NCBI GenBank assembly: GCA_027604505.1
Contig: JADIIX010000021.1
Location: 62,001-126,000 of the forward strand
Direction: 5' to 3'
DNA: 64,000 bases
Source: Gonapodya sp. JEL0774
Lineage: Eukaryota
How positions within the stretch are numbered: the first letter of the stretch is position 1; every line of letters begins with the position of its first letter. Shown piece after piece: positions 12,438 through 26,617 of the stretch. The notes beneath the pieces were generated by a model, which was not told the origin of the DNA, did no database searches, and worked only from the letters and a program-made list of their open reading frames with translations. Position numbers and translations under genes: made by a program.

Positions 12438-12780
12438 TACAAGTGGGGGATAAAGATGGTGGGTCTATTTTTCACGACTACTTTCTCTCAGTAACCTAAT
12501 AAGCCGGGTTGTTTTAAACAACGACTATATGAAGAAGAAGTGGACTTCTCACCTGTTTCTGCGGGGCTGAACCGATTAAAGATTCCTGCTCGCAAATCAC
12601 AAACGTGTTGGGGCAGCACAAGCAGACGGCACTACATGTAATTCCCCCGAGCAGAGCACCAAAACCGAAGATATTGACGATTTTCGGGGATGGTACGGCT
12701 CTTAAACCGCTATTCCGTACTCAATCTAAGCTCATCAAGACTCTTCTGTGCTTGCTGTCCTCCCTTTCGACCTCCTGGAG

Positions 12781-14566
12781 ATGGGGGCACCATCGAACGG
12801 GAATGCCATGAATGTTCAATATTTGAGCACCACGATAAAGCACCCGCTCGATCCGGATATTGTGACATCGCCCATCCCTCCAGCGTCGGAATCCCCCGAT
12901 CCAGACGCTCCCTTTCTCCCTGTTCCAGCTCCTCGGTCCCATGAGCTCCGTTCCCCAGCACAAGACAAGGTGATCGCAACGGCGGAGCTCGTCGAGAACG
13001 TCCTCAGCTGGCTGGATGACAGGGATTTGGCTGGCTGTGCCGTCGTATGGTAAATGGTCCCATCCGAGTCTCATGCGAGGTCAGAAGTTCTGACAATGTG
13101 TTCCATCCCTTCCACCTCGCCCCTCGCGTCAAACAATCACTCAAACCATCACGGTAGCCGTGCCTGGCGTGCCCCCTCTACTGTTTTTCTTTGGCGCCGC
13201 TGGCCAATAGACCTCAAACGCTCCACTCAAACGCGGCTTGCCACCTTTATCGCGATGTCACCACAAACTAGGGCCTTGGTACGGCCGCTTCGGGCAGAGC
13301 TCACAGCGGGAACATCGGAGCAGGAGCGTGAGTGGTTTCAACAGGTTGCGGAGGCCCTGCGGCATATCAGCCCGTGGGTCAGGGACTGGGCAGTGGACTG
13401 CGTTGCTATGGACCTGTTTGCCGTGTGGGCTGTCGGTGTGTTGGGGGATAACGTCATCCGTCTGAGGATGTATAATTGGTGAGTCAGCGGTTGAGTGGAA
13501 AGGGGTGAGGTGAGCTACGCTACTGTCAACAGTGGACGATGTGGGAAGCACCAACGAGTCAGAATCAAGGGATGAGTCAGTGGAAGTCCACCAGAGCATA
13601 GGTTATGTGTTGGTCACTTCCATCGGTGATTATCGATATTGCAAGTTAACAAGCTTTAGCTCACTCAGAGTTTCTCGTTCCCCTCTGTGAAGGCCCCCTC
13701 GAGCCGCCGTCTGGATTAATCCACTCCTCCACCGCTGCCCCAACGTTCGCCTCCTTTCATTATCCGAATTCACCGACGCCGTGCTCCTGCCCACCCAACT
13801 TCCTCACCTCCACTCCCTCAAAATCGCCGAACGGATACCCGATATGCGTGAATTCGAGAAAATCGCTAGCTACACCAACTTGACGAGGTTGTTTATCGCG
13901 AAACTACAGCAGGGTCAGGAACTCCGGGCACTGGGACGGTTGGTGGGATTAACACATCTGTTGATTCCGTATTGTGCCGTTGACTGGGACGATGGACTTT
14001 TTGAATTGCTAGAAAAAGTTGGTGGAGGCTTGGAGGTGCGTGGCGCTTCTCGGTGAGGAGTACTCGATGCCCACCTCACCACCGACTCTTCGAACACTCC
14101 CGCACACTGTCGACTTCGTCATCGATTTTCGACGCAAATTTTAAACGCTATGCTTGTGATGATGTTACCATGACATTTTGCTCCCAAGGCTCTCGACCTC
14201 TCGACCTCCCGCCTGGAAAGCCACGCCCTCACGACTACTACCGTTCAAAACATCTGCGTTCTCTGCCCTCACCTCGAACAGCTCTCTCTCGATGATTATA
14301 CCGGGACGTCGCTCGCTGCCGCAGGGCTCCTCTTTATGTCGTTGCAGGATCTCAAATCTCTCAGTATGCTCGGAGAACGGATAAACAGCACGAGTTTCGA
14401 AAGATTGTTGCTGCAGGAAGTCGTGGAGATGAGAAGCTTGGCTGAGGTCAAGGTTCAGTTTTGGTTTAATTCGGATCAGCAGGATACGATACTGGGATGC
14501 AGGCCGACCGCTGACGGAGTTTATGCGGATTGTGAGTTTGCGTGGGGAATCAGCTTGACGTTTTGA
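12781..14566 (+). CDS. F-box protein with RNI-like/LRR C-terminal region, multi-exon
   Basis: Spliced F-box IATAELVENVLSWLDDRDLAGCAVV|CRAWRAPSTVFLWR. Downstream LxxLxxLxI repeats (LPHLHSLKI, YTNLTRLFI, LVGLTHLLI, LQDLKSLSM). Confidence 0.8.
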
Positions 14567-14975
14567 CGGTGACGATGACGATTAAGTTGTGACCGAGCTG
14601 TACGATTGTCTCCTGCACCTCGCACTTTTCATCTCAGGGGCCACCAGCTATAACTGGACAATGTTTCAAACGAGTGGGTTCAGTCACTTTTTCGCGTTAG
14701 CCCTTGAAGCGCTCGAATGCTTTCTCGCTATCCCGTATTCCCATGTTCACCGACATTCTGTCTCTTCCATAAATCTTCAAGGTGAGTAAGGGAGCACTCA
14801 ATTTGTTGGAATCCGGACACTGTGTGTAGAAAAGATGAGATGTAGATTTGGGGTCCTTTTGAAAAATGTACGGTGCAAACTATACCCATTTAGAGTATAA
14901 TTCATTTTACTATCATGCGATGTTTGCTCCCCGTGTACAAAACAGTTCAGTCACAACTGAACGAGGGAAAGTACT

Positions 14976-17900
14976 TTACAGTTCTGTCGCACACATGAGC
15001 CACTCATCTACACTCGCAGCCACTCCGCACTGCCTCCAAGTCTTTCCGTCCCCTGCACTCAATAGTGCAACACACGCCATGAACACCTTGTCCTGATTGA
15101 GGACTCTAGTATCACGCACTTCTGCCCGAGAGGTGATTGGGGTGCGAAAATCCTTTGGAACGGTTTTTTGAGTGAATGGAAATGTTGTAGATAGGGAGAT
15201 CTGGATGCACTAACAACGTACCGTCTCAGGCAAGTCTTCCTGTAGGGAGTCAAGAATCGCGAATGGATTATGCTCCTCGAGATAATCCACAAGGCCCGCC
15301 AACGCTTGCGAGTCAAAGATTTCGAGGTTTTGGGCTTCGAAATTGTCGTTCAAGGACTTCATTGAACGAGTCATGTGCAAAGACTTGTTTGCATAGATCG
15401 TGCAGTTTTCGTTGAGAAATCCGACTCTCACCTCCTTGATCTTGCCATCCCGCGAAACTCTGATTGTACTTTCACTGGAAGCTTCAAAATCCCTCAAATC
15501 AACGAGTTTGTTGAAGCTCTCTTGAAGAATTAGGTTATATTCCTGTTCATTATCAGCCATATCTGCAAGGACCGAGAATCTGTTGTCGTCCTCGAGATCT
15601 TGTAAGCCCAGAATAGGTGCAGCAGGGATGTTGGGAACATCATCAATATTGGCCTGCTTTGACTTCGGAATTTGGATTTCGCCGGCCTGGGACGCGTTGC
15701 AACCCTTTGAATTATTCAGATGATTGGTGGAACAACACATTCTCACGTCAATCTCAAATTCGTCTGGCGACTGCTCTAAAGCAACAAATCTATTTGCTTG
15801 TGCGAAGTCTCGCAACGCAAGTCTGGCGGACTTGGGTTTCACATTTGGCAGGAAAGATCCATACGCAAGAGTGGGGACCTGGAGGCTTGATACCGATGAC
15901 CACGGCGTCTTGAAATTAAGGTGTGTTGGAAGGTCAAGATCACATCAACCAGAAGGGATCAACATACGCCGACATACCTGCGCGGGATCTGCAGACTTCA
16001 TATTAATTTGAGTACGGAGGATCGCCTCGGGTCTTGGGAAGTGGAGAGGCGCCTTGCGCGAGCGTGAGAGATCAAGTTAGTCCCATAGATTCGGAAAGGT
16101 ATGATCGTGGGTTCCGCCCACATGAAACACGCCTGTATCCAAGCGTGACGCTTGCACTTCGGGCTTCTTCTCTAGTTCGGCCACTACCTCCGAGAAGCTC
16201 GACGATATGGTGGGTCCTGTCACTTTCGTCATTCTCTCAGTGTCCGATTCTTTCTCCACTTGAAGAAGAGCTGACGAAGAAAGATCTAGATCTTTGTGCT
16301 CTGCCATACGAATGACTTCTTCTGATGTTGCGATGCGAGCGTCCTTCTCCAACGCGGACTGGCATTGCTCCGGTGGCACACTCCCGATCTGCTCTGTGAT
16401 GGTAAGTTGCTGTAGCGGAGAGTCCACGGTATCGATGGTCATTTTTGGTGTTTGTGTAACAGGTGCAGTGGTCTAAAAGTGGTAGATGTGCGAGACACAT
16501 TACGTAAACAGAGATTGTTCGCGAAGAAGCTCCACAGAGGTACCTTCCCATCACCGATCATCGAGACTTCGTTTGTCCATGAAATCTCACTTCCAGCTAC
16601 ACGCTCTTTCTTTGCTATGAATTCGACCACTCCCTCTTTTGCCGGGAGAAGGACCAAAAGCTTGGACGGAAGAGGTGGCAAATCACTTGTGATGCCACTC
16701 GACCGAGCCCGGGTTTCATTGCCGATCACTTTCTTCAAATGAGCCGAGACTACCCGAGACCACGAATTCATCGGCATTCTTGGCACTGCCTTCTGACTGT
16801 CTTTCTTTGTGGACAGGAGGCTGTTAGGTTCGGAGAGCATGAACTTGAACGGGACGTGTATGGCCAAGAAACTTCGGTTATGCACTGTGACTACCGCATG
16901 TAGGATCAGTGTTGTCGAAGCAATTACCTGAGCACACATTCGCGAAACGCTCTCAGTAGCATCGTCAGTTGGAACGACGGTTTCGGATTCCAAAACGTTG
17001 TCTGAATACTGTTAGGACCGGCAAATGAAGTCAACAATTCAGAATAGTTGAATTGAATGCGATATTTACACCTATTAGCGTGGATTCCACTCACTTTGAT
17101 CGCTTTTGCATCCAAATTTGACTCTTGGACGCTGGGTATCTTCTCTTGGACCATCATCTCCACGAAGCTCGACGATATCGTGGGGACGATCTCGTTTGTC
17201 ATATTCGCAGCACCTGATCCTTCCTCTGATTGAAGAAGGGTTGAAGAAGAGCGATCCGAAACTTCGTGACCTTCCCTGGGAATGGCTTCTTCCGATGTTC
17301 CGAGGGCACCTTCCTTCTCCACGTTGGAGTGGCAACGCTCCAGTGTCGCGCAACCGATCTGGCTTGCCGTGATACGTTGCTCCAGCATAGAGTCCAATAC
17401 GGTATTGAGTACCTTTTCTTGAGTTTGCTGAAGTGTAGGTATCTTAGTCGTAGCAGATGTTCGAGTCAGATTATCACAAAACAAGAGATTCTTGCGAAGA
17501 AAGTTCAATTCATTACCTTCTCATCACCGATCATCGGGACTTCATTCTTCAATGAAATTTCACTTTTAGCAACATGCAGTTTTCGTGGAATGATTTCGAC
17601 GACTCCCTCTTTTGCCGGGAGAGACGGAATAGATGGCAAATCACAGTTTTTGCCACTCGACAGAGCCCCGATTACATTGTCGATCGCTTTCTTTGAATTG
17701 ATCGGGACTATAGGAGACCACGAGTTCTTTGGCATTCTTGCCATTACCTTCTGGCGGTCGTTCTTTGCGGACGAGAGACTTGGAAACTCGGAGAGCATCA
17801 GCTTGAACGGGACCTGCCGGACCAAGAACGTTCAGATGTGCACTTTAACTACTGCACATAAAATAAGTGATACTGATAAAGTACCTGTGGACACATCCCA

Positions 17901-18830
17901 GAAGCGCTCTCGATAGGAATCTCAGTAGGGTTTGATGAAACGATGGTTTCGGATATCAGAACGCTGTCTGAGTGCTGTATGGACAAACAAATGAAGTCAA
18001 TGATTCAGAATGGATGAACCGAAGGCGAATTGTACACCGATCGAATAAGTTTGTCTCAGTGCCCCTACCTCCCACGTCGCACACTCTTTCATGTCCACAG
18101 AAGAGCCAAAGAGGGTGTCCTCCGAATACTCGATTATGTCTCGGTCAATATTAGGCTTGCGGGCTCCAAATCGGCTCAAACCGGAACGGATGAAGACGGA
18201 CGGAGCTGAAGGTATGGATGACAAGTTCCAAGAGCCAGCGATCGAGGCCGACAGCATCACAGATAGATAAGTTCGATAACGGATGTTGCAGATTCAGTGT
18301 AGTATCGAGGAAGAGTTTGAATTGGAGAGGGTTGAGAAGGTAGTCCGTTGGACAAGGTGATCTCTCCCATCAAACGGGACAGCAATAGGCTATCTGAGCA
18401 AGCTTACCAGGCATGTTGCGATGTGTGCTTTGATGCTTATCTTCTGGTTTCGACTGAGCTTGAATTTTGAGATTCTGTTGATAATGGAATCCTCCTATGC
18501 TTTCAATGTGTCCAAATGCGAAGTCAGAGCCACATATTCGAAAAGCCAGCAATACATCAGCGTCTATTGTTCATGTTTAATTGACTCCACAGTAGACGAG
18601 AATTTTCGCGACTGACCACCAAATTGTACATGTTAGTGAGCTCACTAATGTTGCAAACTGTCGATCCGAGGCCAAGAATTTCGACTGGAGATAATCTTGA
18701 ATGAGTTCCTTGTTTGATCCAGCTGAGTGGTTCCCCGGACGTCATGAAACTTTGCTGGAGGTTGTTTTGATAGACATTTCCATGGTCCTGAAGCACTTTC
18801 GTGAAGCAAAAACACTCACAAATTGTGGAT
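14976..18830 (-). CDS. Uncharacterised multi-exon orphan protein with an internal duplicated three-exon module; 5' end unresolved (may reach ~19300)
   Basis: A chain of phase-0 GT-AG introns joins the short ORFs in frame from ~18130 down to the TAA at 14978-14976 (e.g. CATWE|HSDSVL, MCAQ|FMLSEP, GDGK|TTAPV, AKAIK|YSDNVL, PAQ|TPWSS, LPET|DFRTP). No family recognised. Exons above ~18130 are tentative. Confidence 0.6.
16100..18020 (-). repeat. Diverged tandem duplication, unit ~970 bp including introns
   Basis: Shared anchors: GAAGCTCGACGATAT at ~16194/17164, ACTCCCTCTTTTGCCGGGAGA at ~16629/17602, ATGAAGTCAA at 17025/17991. The peptides LPAKEGVVE and PTISSSF occur in both copies. Confidence 0.9.
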
Positions 18831-20141
18831 CACCGGTTCATCAATCGGCCAAGTTCTGCTCGTGAATAGGTCTGCCTATACGAACGTGGTGGGGGAACTT
18901 CTTGTGGCGATATCCCTGTCGGACTCCGATAGTTCGTGGTGCTGTTGAATGCTGTGAAACCTCATGGAACCTGCCGCCGTAGGAATACCTAGGAATACCT
19001 GCGCTTATAGCAGATGCGGCAATCTTTGGCGAACTTCATATTCCTTTTCCGTCAAATCTTTCGGGATTGCATGCGTGTGGAGAGCAAGTGAAATGCTGAC
19101 GGGCGGCGATACTCTCAACAAGCAGTTTCTTTCCACGAACGGCCAGTCGCGGTCAAGCATAAATGGACTGGCTGTCTGCGATCCAATCAAGCGAAGCGCG
19201 CCATTGAGAACCCCGGTGGTCCTCAATCAGAAACCTCTCCGAACACTTCTAGTTTCAAATGTTCCGCGCACTCATGAAGAATCTCGATGGATTGGTACAT
19301 TCACAGAAACGCTTCATGCTCAAAAAACAGGAAACCAGGGAGTCAAGTGAATCACACAAGAGATGGCATTGTAATGAAGGTCTGCAGAGCGCTGCATTAT
19401 TAATGAGATACTCTAGGCTCTGGGAATACTTTCATACTGTTCTGGTGGCGATATTGAAAGGCTCTTGTGGTCTTATGTGAGTTTCGAACTGAAGGAGGCG
19501 ATGAGGACTATGGTGCAACCACCACCACAAGACGTCATCGCCTCCTTCCACATTCCCTGCTGCCCTCTTAATGCACCTCCCTCTCCGTCTTACTCAAATC
19601 AGGAAGTCACAATTAAGGAAGCATTACGAATCTCTTTACTTATTTTGACTTCGCGGCGTATTCCTGTTGGTTTTATGAGTACCAACTTCCGGTGTCCACC
19701 CCAATGACACCACACATCGATATTTGCGTTCAGACTCTAAAATTCAAGGTGGACAGATGGGAAGCTTATGCTTCTGTAAACCACAGCATCTGTTGCCTCG
19801 ACAAAAGTTCTGGTCTTCACCTGCAAAACAAACCATGTTTCTTTCTTCAGACGAAAGATCTTGGAGGGCTTTTAGTCTCTTGTGGAAATGAACAAAAGCA
19901 ACGAGATACCCACCGCGTTCTCAAGGTGATTTTCACTAAATGAATGAATAGAGAGCACTGTCCCGGATCATCTCTTTGGTCGTGATGTCGGAATATTTAT
20001 TGCCATGACGGAACGGTGTCCCCAGTCATCCCGAACATAACCTGAACTGAGCTTCAGGAAACTTTCATCATCATCCCAAGGAACCTCTCAAGAGACAGCG
20101 TCGAACTACCCACCTTGTTTTCCCCCTCGAAAGTGATTTTG

Positions 20142-20829
20142 ATGGAATCGCAGACCCGAGCTGAAAAGATCGTGATTTGCCCGAAATGCGGCCGTTGGTT
20201 CTCGCGTAAAGGTGAGTTGACACAGCATTTCCGCAGCATACGTGGTATGCCATAGACTTTCCTTGTGTTCTACACGGGTGCCAAATGACTCCGCATGCCG
20301 GTGACCCTTCACACTCATGGTCTGTCCCCCGCCTCTTGCTGTAGATGTCATGGTCCGACACCGGACGCGAAGGACTTGCCGGACACCCTCTGTACCGGCG
20401 GTAAACTATGGTCCCAGCAACAAGATCCGAGATGGCCCAATCCGCCAATTCGCTGTCCGTTCGAATTCCTGGGATCCATCGTTGGCCGGCGACCACCGCC
20501 CTTTGGGCAACCGCAACCAAGCCCACGACACGGTCCAACAGCTTCCAGATCAATATTATGCGTGGAGTGAAAACCGAGGGGAGGCAGAGTCCCCGACTAT
20601 CACTGAGACTTTCATTCCCGCGCAACATGAAAATTCAAACCTGCCGCTAGCCGCCAATTCATTGACGAGAGTGCCATTTGCGAAACACCCACAAACGCAG
20701 TCTTCCGAAACCTCCGCACTCTTTCGGATACAATCCGACAATATGGCGTATGCGCCCCCGCCGTTTCTGGAGCCACTTGCCAGCCCGTCTCCACCCAATG
20801 CTCCTCCGTTCCCTTTCTTCAAATCATAG
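20142..20829 (+). CDS. Small C2H2 zinc-finger protein (single finger plus low-complexity tail), putative transcription factor
   Basis: MESQTRAEKIVICPKCGRWFSRKGELTQHFRSI(H). The last His codon is formed across an intron (C|GTGGTA...TGTAG|AT) that joins in frame to ORF 20317..20829. Confidence 0.75.
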
Positions 20830-21847
20830 GGTGCCGTTTTGATTCATCAGTGTGACGTCAAGGAGCTCATCGCACCCTGCCAGAGATAACATACGGTACT
20901 ACCTTTTACGAGCGATCCTGAGAGGTACGGACACACACCATGAATACCCATGTAATTAGCGACAAGTGCTCAATGAACTTCTTCTTTGTTTTAGTCTTCT
21001 TTTTGGAAGATCTTTTGTTGCGCTGCCTCTCGAGGTTGCACAGGAATTGAAGAGCTCCGTCGTTTACATACATAAACAGTGGCGTGAAATCTCGAAATCG
21101 CAGACAAAAACGATTGTTGGAAGGATCATAGCCAGAGATCGATTGAATGTGGAAGTGGGTGAACGTAATGTCAATAATGATACATTCACATGTGGATCGA
21201 GTTTTGATTTTGCACATATATGGACAAAAGACCCCACTGTGCTCTTCACAAGTCGTTGCCCCCAAACTGCACAAACAACAGTGGCATATTAAGAACATAA
21301 GTGCTTTGATGATGACAGGCGTTGATCGGTCTGCTCTGGTTCAGCAGTCACATCCCCAGCTCGAATTTCACCGTTTGAATACCCGCACATTTCATGCATA
21401 CATGCACAAAAAAGATATCTTGATAATATCAGGCTTTTGTAGTAAAAGGTGCCGAAGCGAACACGTTCCTGCCACATGTGGGGTTGGGCTGGATGTGGCT
21501 GTCCACAGAGGGGGCCCATACGAGCCGATCCAGCAACTTGTGAATCAGTGGATTCAAACGCGCTAGAGGTGTCTAAGAAGGACAAAGAAGAAAGTAAAAA
21601 CGGCTTGAAAGGGCAGGACGTGGTGGACGCTCCGGAGGAACTTTGATTGAGGTGAAGCGTGGATGGGAAGTGTTCTGCTTCGGTGCACTGGTGTTGACCT
21701 GTGATTAGTCCCTTTCAGATAAAGGCCGGCGTATACGAGCACATTTACTGTTCTGCTTTGAAACCGTGTCTGGACTGGTTTCGTCTCTGGCAAAGCGAGT
21801 GGAAGTCAGTGCGGCACCTGCTGCTGCCCGTTCGTCTTCCGTCCGAA

Positions 21848-23992
21848 ATGCCTCCTTCTCCCCCTACGCGCACGCCAGCCATGTCGCGAGCAGAATTGGT
21901 CGCCGCGTTTGATCCCCTCGCAGGCTCGTCCGAGTCTACCAGTCCTCCCCCAACATCTTTGCCAATACTCCCTCCTTTACCTCCTCCACCTAATGATGCG
22001 ATGCCTAGTCAACAGCCTTCGGTTCCTCCGCCCTTGTCGAGATCTAGGGTCTCATCTGTCCATCTTCCCTCCATCACCTCACCGCGCTCACCGTCGGGTC
22101 CCAGGTCGCCCAATTCCATCTCTTCGCGAACCAGCAATCCCCTCCGCCACTCACATCACCCCTCTGATCCTCCTCCGTCTCCTTCGATAGAATCATATTC
22201 AGCCTATGATCTCTTTCGCGCTCTTCCCCACTTTCTGTACGAACACCTGTGGAACTCCCCCCTGTTCTTTGTCTACGTCGCTACAGCTGTCTCGGCGGTT
22301 CTTGTGATTGTCGTTATCATTGAAAGGGATGTTGCTTTGCCCTACTTTATTCACGTGAGTATCATGGACAAGCGAAAATACTATTCGATGAGGAAAGGAC
22401 TTCGAACTCGCATCTTCGCATCCGGAACGGAACAACTGGATAACTGAAGCTCCAATGACCCTGTATACAATACTCGAATGTGACATTTGTGAGCTGTATA
22501 TGTGTGTGGAGTGGAACATCTCGTCTCGATGATATGGGCCAAAACGGGTACATTAAGTTGCGCCATCAGGAGACACCAAATAGAACGAGGGAGCTGAGAT
22601 GTGGACAAATATCTGAATCTCGACTTTCCGAATTGTGAAACAGTAAATGGACTTCCTGCTGTTGACTTCCTCTTCATTACGACGTTCTCTTGCCCACTTC
22701 CTCTCCTTTCCATTTTTATATCCGAAAAACAAACCACCTCAAGCTCGCGGATCGCATTCAGGAACTTGGCTGGCGGTGAGTATTTCCTCTCTCCTTAAAA
22801 GCTTACCAACTACCTCACCACCCACAAATCCCACCTTTCAAATCAAGTGGCCTCCTTATCCTCCTCGCCTCCATCGCCGCCGCATCTTTCCCTCCTTTAC
22901 CCGGCTACGGCACTCTCCTCACTCTCTGTGGCTTCATCTTTTCCTTTCCCCTCGGTTTCGTCCCAGCCTACTTTGGCGGTCTTTTGGGCGCCTCGGCGTG
23001 CTTTTTGGCGAGCAGGAGACTGTTCAAGGGGTATGGAGAGCGCATTGCGAAAAAATACCCGGGCTTGGGGAGTGTCCTAAGGGCGGTCGAGGGTGGTGGA
23101 TTGGGCTTCTTGATCGTTGTCAGGGTTGCGCCCTATCCGTTCAGTTTAATGGTGAGTTGGGCATCAAACTAACTACGTAGGGACTGTGGCAGGAGGGCAC
23201 ATCGGGATTGAGATGAGCCAGAAATTGACAACCGGCTTGGGGAAAGCCAGAAGTCCCCTGGGGCACCGGCAAGCGGTGTTGCTCCAACATCGATGTTACT
23301 GCATTCCAATCAAATTGCTTCCCCCCGCTATCCTCTGACCTTTTTTCCTCTAGAATGTCCTCCTCTCCACGACACGGATCAGTTTCCTGACCTTTTTCAT
23401 CGCCACCGCAATCTCGCTTCTTAAAATCGCCTTGCACGTCTACATTGGCTCAACCGTTCACGATCTTGCGGACTTGGAACGCACCGGTGGCCACCCTGCG
23501 AAAATTGCCGGGATGGTTGGGGGATTCATCGTGTCGGTGGCGGTGTTCATTTACCTCGCGATTGTGGTCAGGCGAAAAGTGGGCGAACGCACCGCCGAGC
23601 AGGACGAACCAGATGTAGAAGCTGACATTGAGGAGGATTCCGTGCGCTCATCTTCGCCGATGTCGTCGGTTTCGCCCTCTTCGTTCGCGCCGCGATCATC
23701 TTTACCCGCAGCAACACCGGGCCTATCTCGGAGCGGGGTGAGAGGGGTTTCCACAGATGGATGGTCGGTAGCATCGGAGGCGGATGGCGAAGATGAAATA
23801 GTAGAGCTGAGTGGAAATGGTGATGTTGGAGAAGCTCTGCTTGGAGGGCGCAGTGGGAGCGGCGCTGTCGGGGCGGGGAGGGCAGGAGGGTCCGGCGTGG
23901 TCGCTGGGCTTGTGGGTGCTGTGAAGTCTGCTATAAGCGGTGGAACTACGGGATATCGTAGGACGGACGGAGGCGGAGGTGACAAGTCATGA
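21848..23992 (+). CDS. TVP38: Golgi membrane protein TVP38/TMEM64 (SNARE-associated VTT/DedA domain)
   Basis: Spliced exons give SFPPLPGYGTLLTLCGFIF...GASACFLASR...LIVVRVAPYPFSLM|NVLLS...FFIATAISLLKIALHVYIGS, matching Tvp38 family motifs. Confidence 0.88.
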
Positions 23993-24760
23993 TCAGACTT
24001 AGAGTAAAGAAATTCAGCAGAGAGCAAGCCAAAGCGTTGGGCTCTTCTCTGTACATAATTTTTCGATCATATGTAAATGCATATCATTGCCGGTTCTAAT
24101 CTCTAACAACTAACTGAGATGATGTTTCGGGATCTTTGAGAATGTACCTACTGATCTATTATCTAGTGCAGAAGGTGTGTCGTCCGACCATGACTTCTGC
24201 AAGGCGGCCGAGCACACGATCGCGAGCCCATAATGATAGGACGAAAATCAAAATCAAGAGCCACTTGGACGCAAGCGGCGGACGGGAGTCATTTACCTTT
24301 TCTCGAAAATTTTCCTCCGCATTTGGGCCAAATCACAGTTTTATCCGGCGTTTTCTCAGCTTCCATTCAAGCGCTGGTGTCCAGAATCGGAATGCACCAG
24401 TGTATAGAGGAGCAAAGCGCGACAACAAAGGAACTTCGTTCAGATCTTCGATCGACTATCTTCTGCTACACAACGAAAAATGGACAAATTTTGGTTGTTG
24501 GTGAAGGGCTCCGCGTAATGAAAGCCCAGGAGGTCCCACGCACACACAGACATGGAGTCAGCAATGCAATGTTTAATCAATATACAGACCCCTTAATGTT
24601 TCCCAACTCCACAGAAATTTTACTGTATCGGTTCGCGTTATGCAATTTGGCAAATTTACAGGGATTCAACTGTGCTTGTACGGTACTATGTACGTAGGGT
24701 CTCCAGTACGTGTAAGTTTAGTGTCTCTCCAGGTACCCCGCTACAACAGACATTGATTTT

Positions 24761-26617
24761 CTACCCGTACCATATTCTTCCGATTGTACCAACAGTTCCG
24801 AAAATCGCGAGTGTGGTGCCAATCAGCATCACCGCCCATGCCGCGCCAATTTCCCACCCGCTCGCGAGAATGAAGTCCACATCTCCCAGCGCCATTCCCG
24901 ATCGCTTTGGGGCGTGCGTTCTTGCCAACGCCAAGAAGCACCCAGCTGGTACAATCACAGCAGTAACCGCGGTAACGAGCGCCCCGAGTAAAGCAACCAA
25001 ATTGATGAAGGAGGGGAGACAGGCGGACGTTGCAACCGCGAGGGCGGCAAGAAGCGCTCGCAGCAGGGAGCGTACGAGGAGGCGGAACGGGGTTGGAGTT
25101 GTTAGGGTTTCGGGAGCGGCAAGACCAGGGTCGGACGATGCGGGTTCGCGAGATATCCCGTCGCTCAACAGACCCGCCGCTGGAACCATGTACGGAAACC
25201 GAAACTCATTGTCATCTATGAGGAGCGGTGTGGCTTCGTTGAGATGGGCGGAAGTCTGATGTTTCCGGACCCCGTCGCGTCTGGAACTGTGTCGCGTCAA
25301 CGGAACGAGACTGACCAAGGCTGCTTCGGCATCAGCAGCAAGAGGCTCGAGATAGAGGGGGAACGTGGTGATGGGTATGATAGTGACGAAGATAGTGCTA
25401 GAAGGAAGACGACCAAGGTTACGGCAAGCGAAAATCGAAAACAACGCGCGCGTGGAGTTCTGCTGATGGAATGCGGCAGAAGCTTACATTATTGCGTTCA
25501 AAATCTGGGTAAGTGAAAAGAAGGGTGAATCAATTGCGTGAAGATGGTGGGATTCAAATCAACAAGTAAACAGGCATGCGACTGAGCAAAAACGTACCCG
25601 GTTCTCTTTCATAGCAAACAAGTTCTCTGTGATTTGCTCTGCAGTAGCGTCTCCAAACATAAGATACCCGGTAGTACCGCACACGCACAGCACTGCAACA
25701 GCCGTTCCAAAACTCAGCGTCAACCACGTCCTATAATTTGTACGCCGGTTTTGGAGCAGCATGTATTGTACAGGGAGACCTGAGTGGCCCGAGGTTGTCG
25801 TGACCGCGACTCCGACGGCGATGGCCAGAGAGCCGAGAGGGCCACCCCAACCAACAGTCGAAGGCCATAATCGCACCTCGGCGGGTTCGTGGAGAGATCC
25901 TGGGTGCGTGGGATTGGAAACTCCGTCAAAAAATAAAACGGCAACGATCCCGATTGCACAGAAGGTGCCGAAGAAGGAGGTGATGGAAAGTTGGCGGAAC
26001 GGGAGAGACGAGATGAATATGAGGAAAGGAAGGAGAAGAAATTTCAGGGTAGGGAGAGTAAGCCAAGGTAAGGATGGCAATAAGAGGTAGAGATGTGTGG
26101 CCAGGACCGTGACAGACATAACCTGCAAGAACATGAGAAATTGGAGTTGAAGAGCTTGCTCCCTCGCCAAAGCGTCATTGAATACTTCAACGCACTAATG
26201 TACCATACAGGTCCAAAAAGAACGCACAAGCCACAATACCCTCCAAAAGACCCCTCCCTGCGATCACCTCCACGAGTTCCCGAATACCGGAAACTGGGAA
26301 CCTTCCCGAAGATTTTCCTGCGCTCTCGACACAACGACAGAGCCAAGAGGCCGTAGTTGTCATCAACACAAGGTAAAGAAGATAGAGGCCAAGTGCTGGA
26401 ATAAAACCGGCTTGCTGAAACTGAATCGTGTGAAACAGTTGGAGTCAGTGCGCGAGTTCGATGGGCAGCAGTTGCTCGAGCGAGGTCCCACCAAAAACGG
26501 TGCTCCAATAACGATTAGAGAAAGAATATAGTTGGCGAGATTAAAGGTGGCTCGGGAGAGGGTCAAGAGGCCAGGTGAAGACTGCAAAGTCTCCGGATCC
26601 CTCATATCTGATGCCAT
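24761..26617 (-). CDS. Amino acid transporter, Aa_trans (AAAP/AVT1-like vacuolar) family, multi-exon
   Basis: ATFNLANYILSLIVIGAPF (TM1), SGHSGLP, GYLMFGDATAEQITENL, PITTFPLYLEPL and LPSFINLVALLGA; about 11 TM segments. Confidence 0.88.

Noticed and set aside
18981..19000. 10-bp direct repeat AGGAATACCT x2
   Set aside because: Too short and isolated; compatible with slippage.
21064..21249. VFVCDFEISR resembling a kinase DFG motif
   Set aside because: The Gly is absent and no HRD/HGD, VAIK or APE motifs were found nearby.
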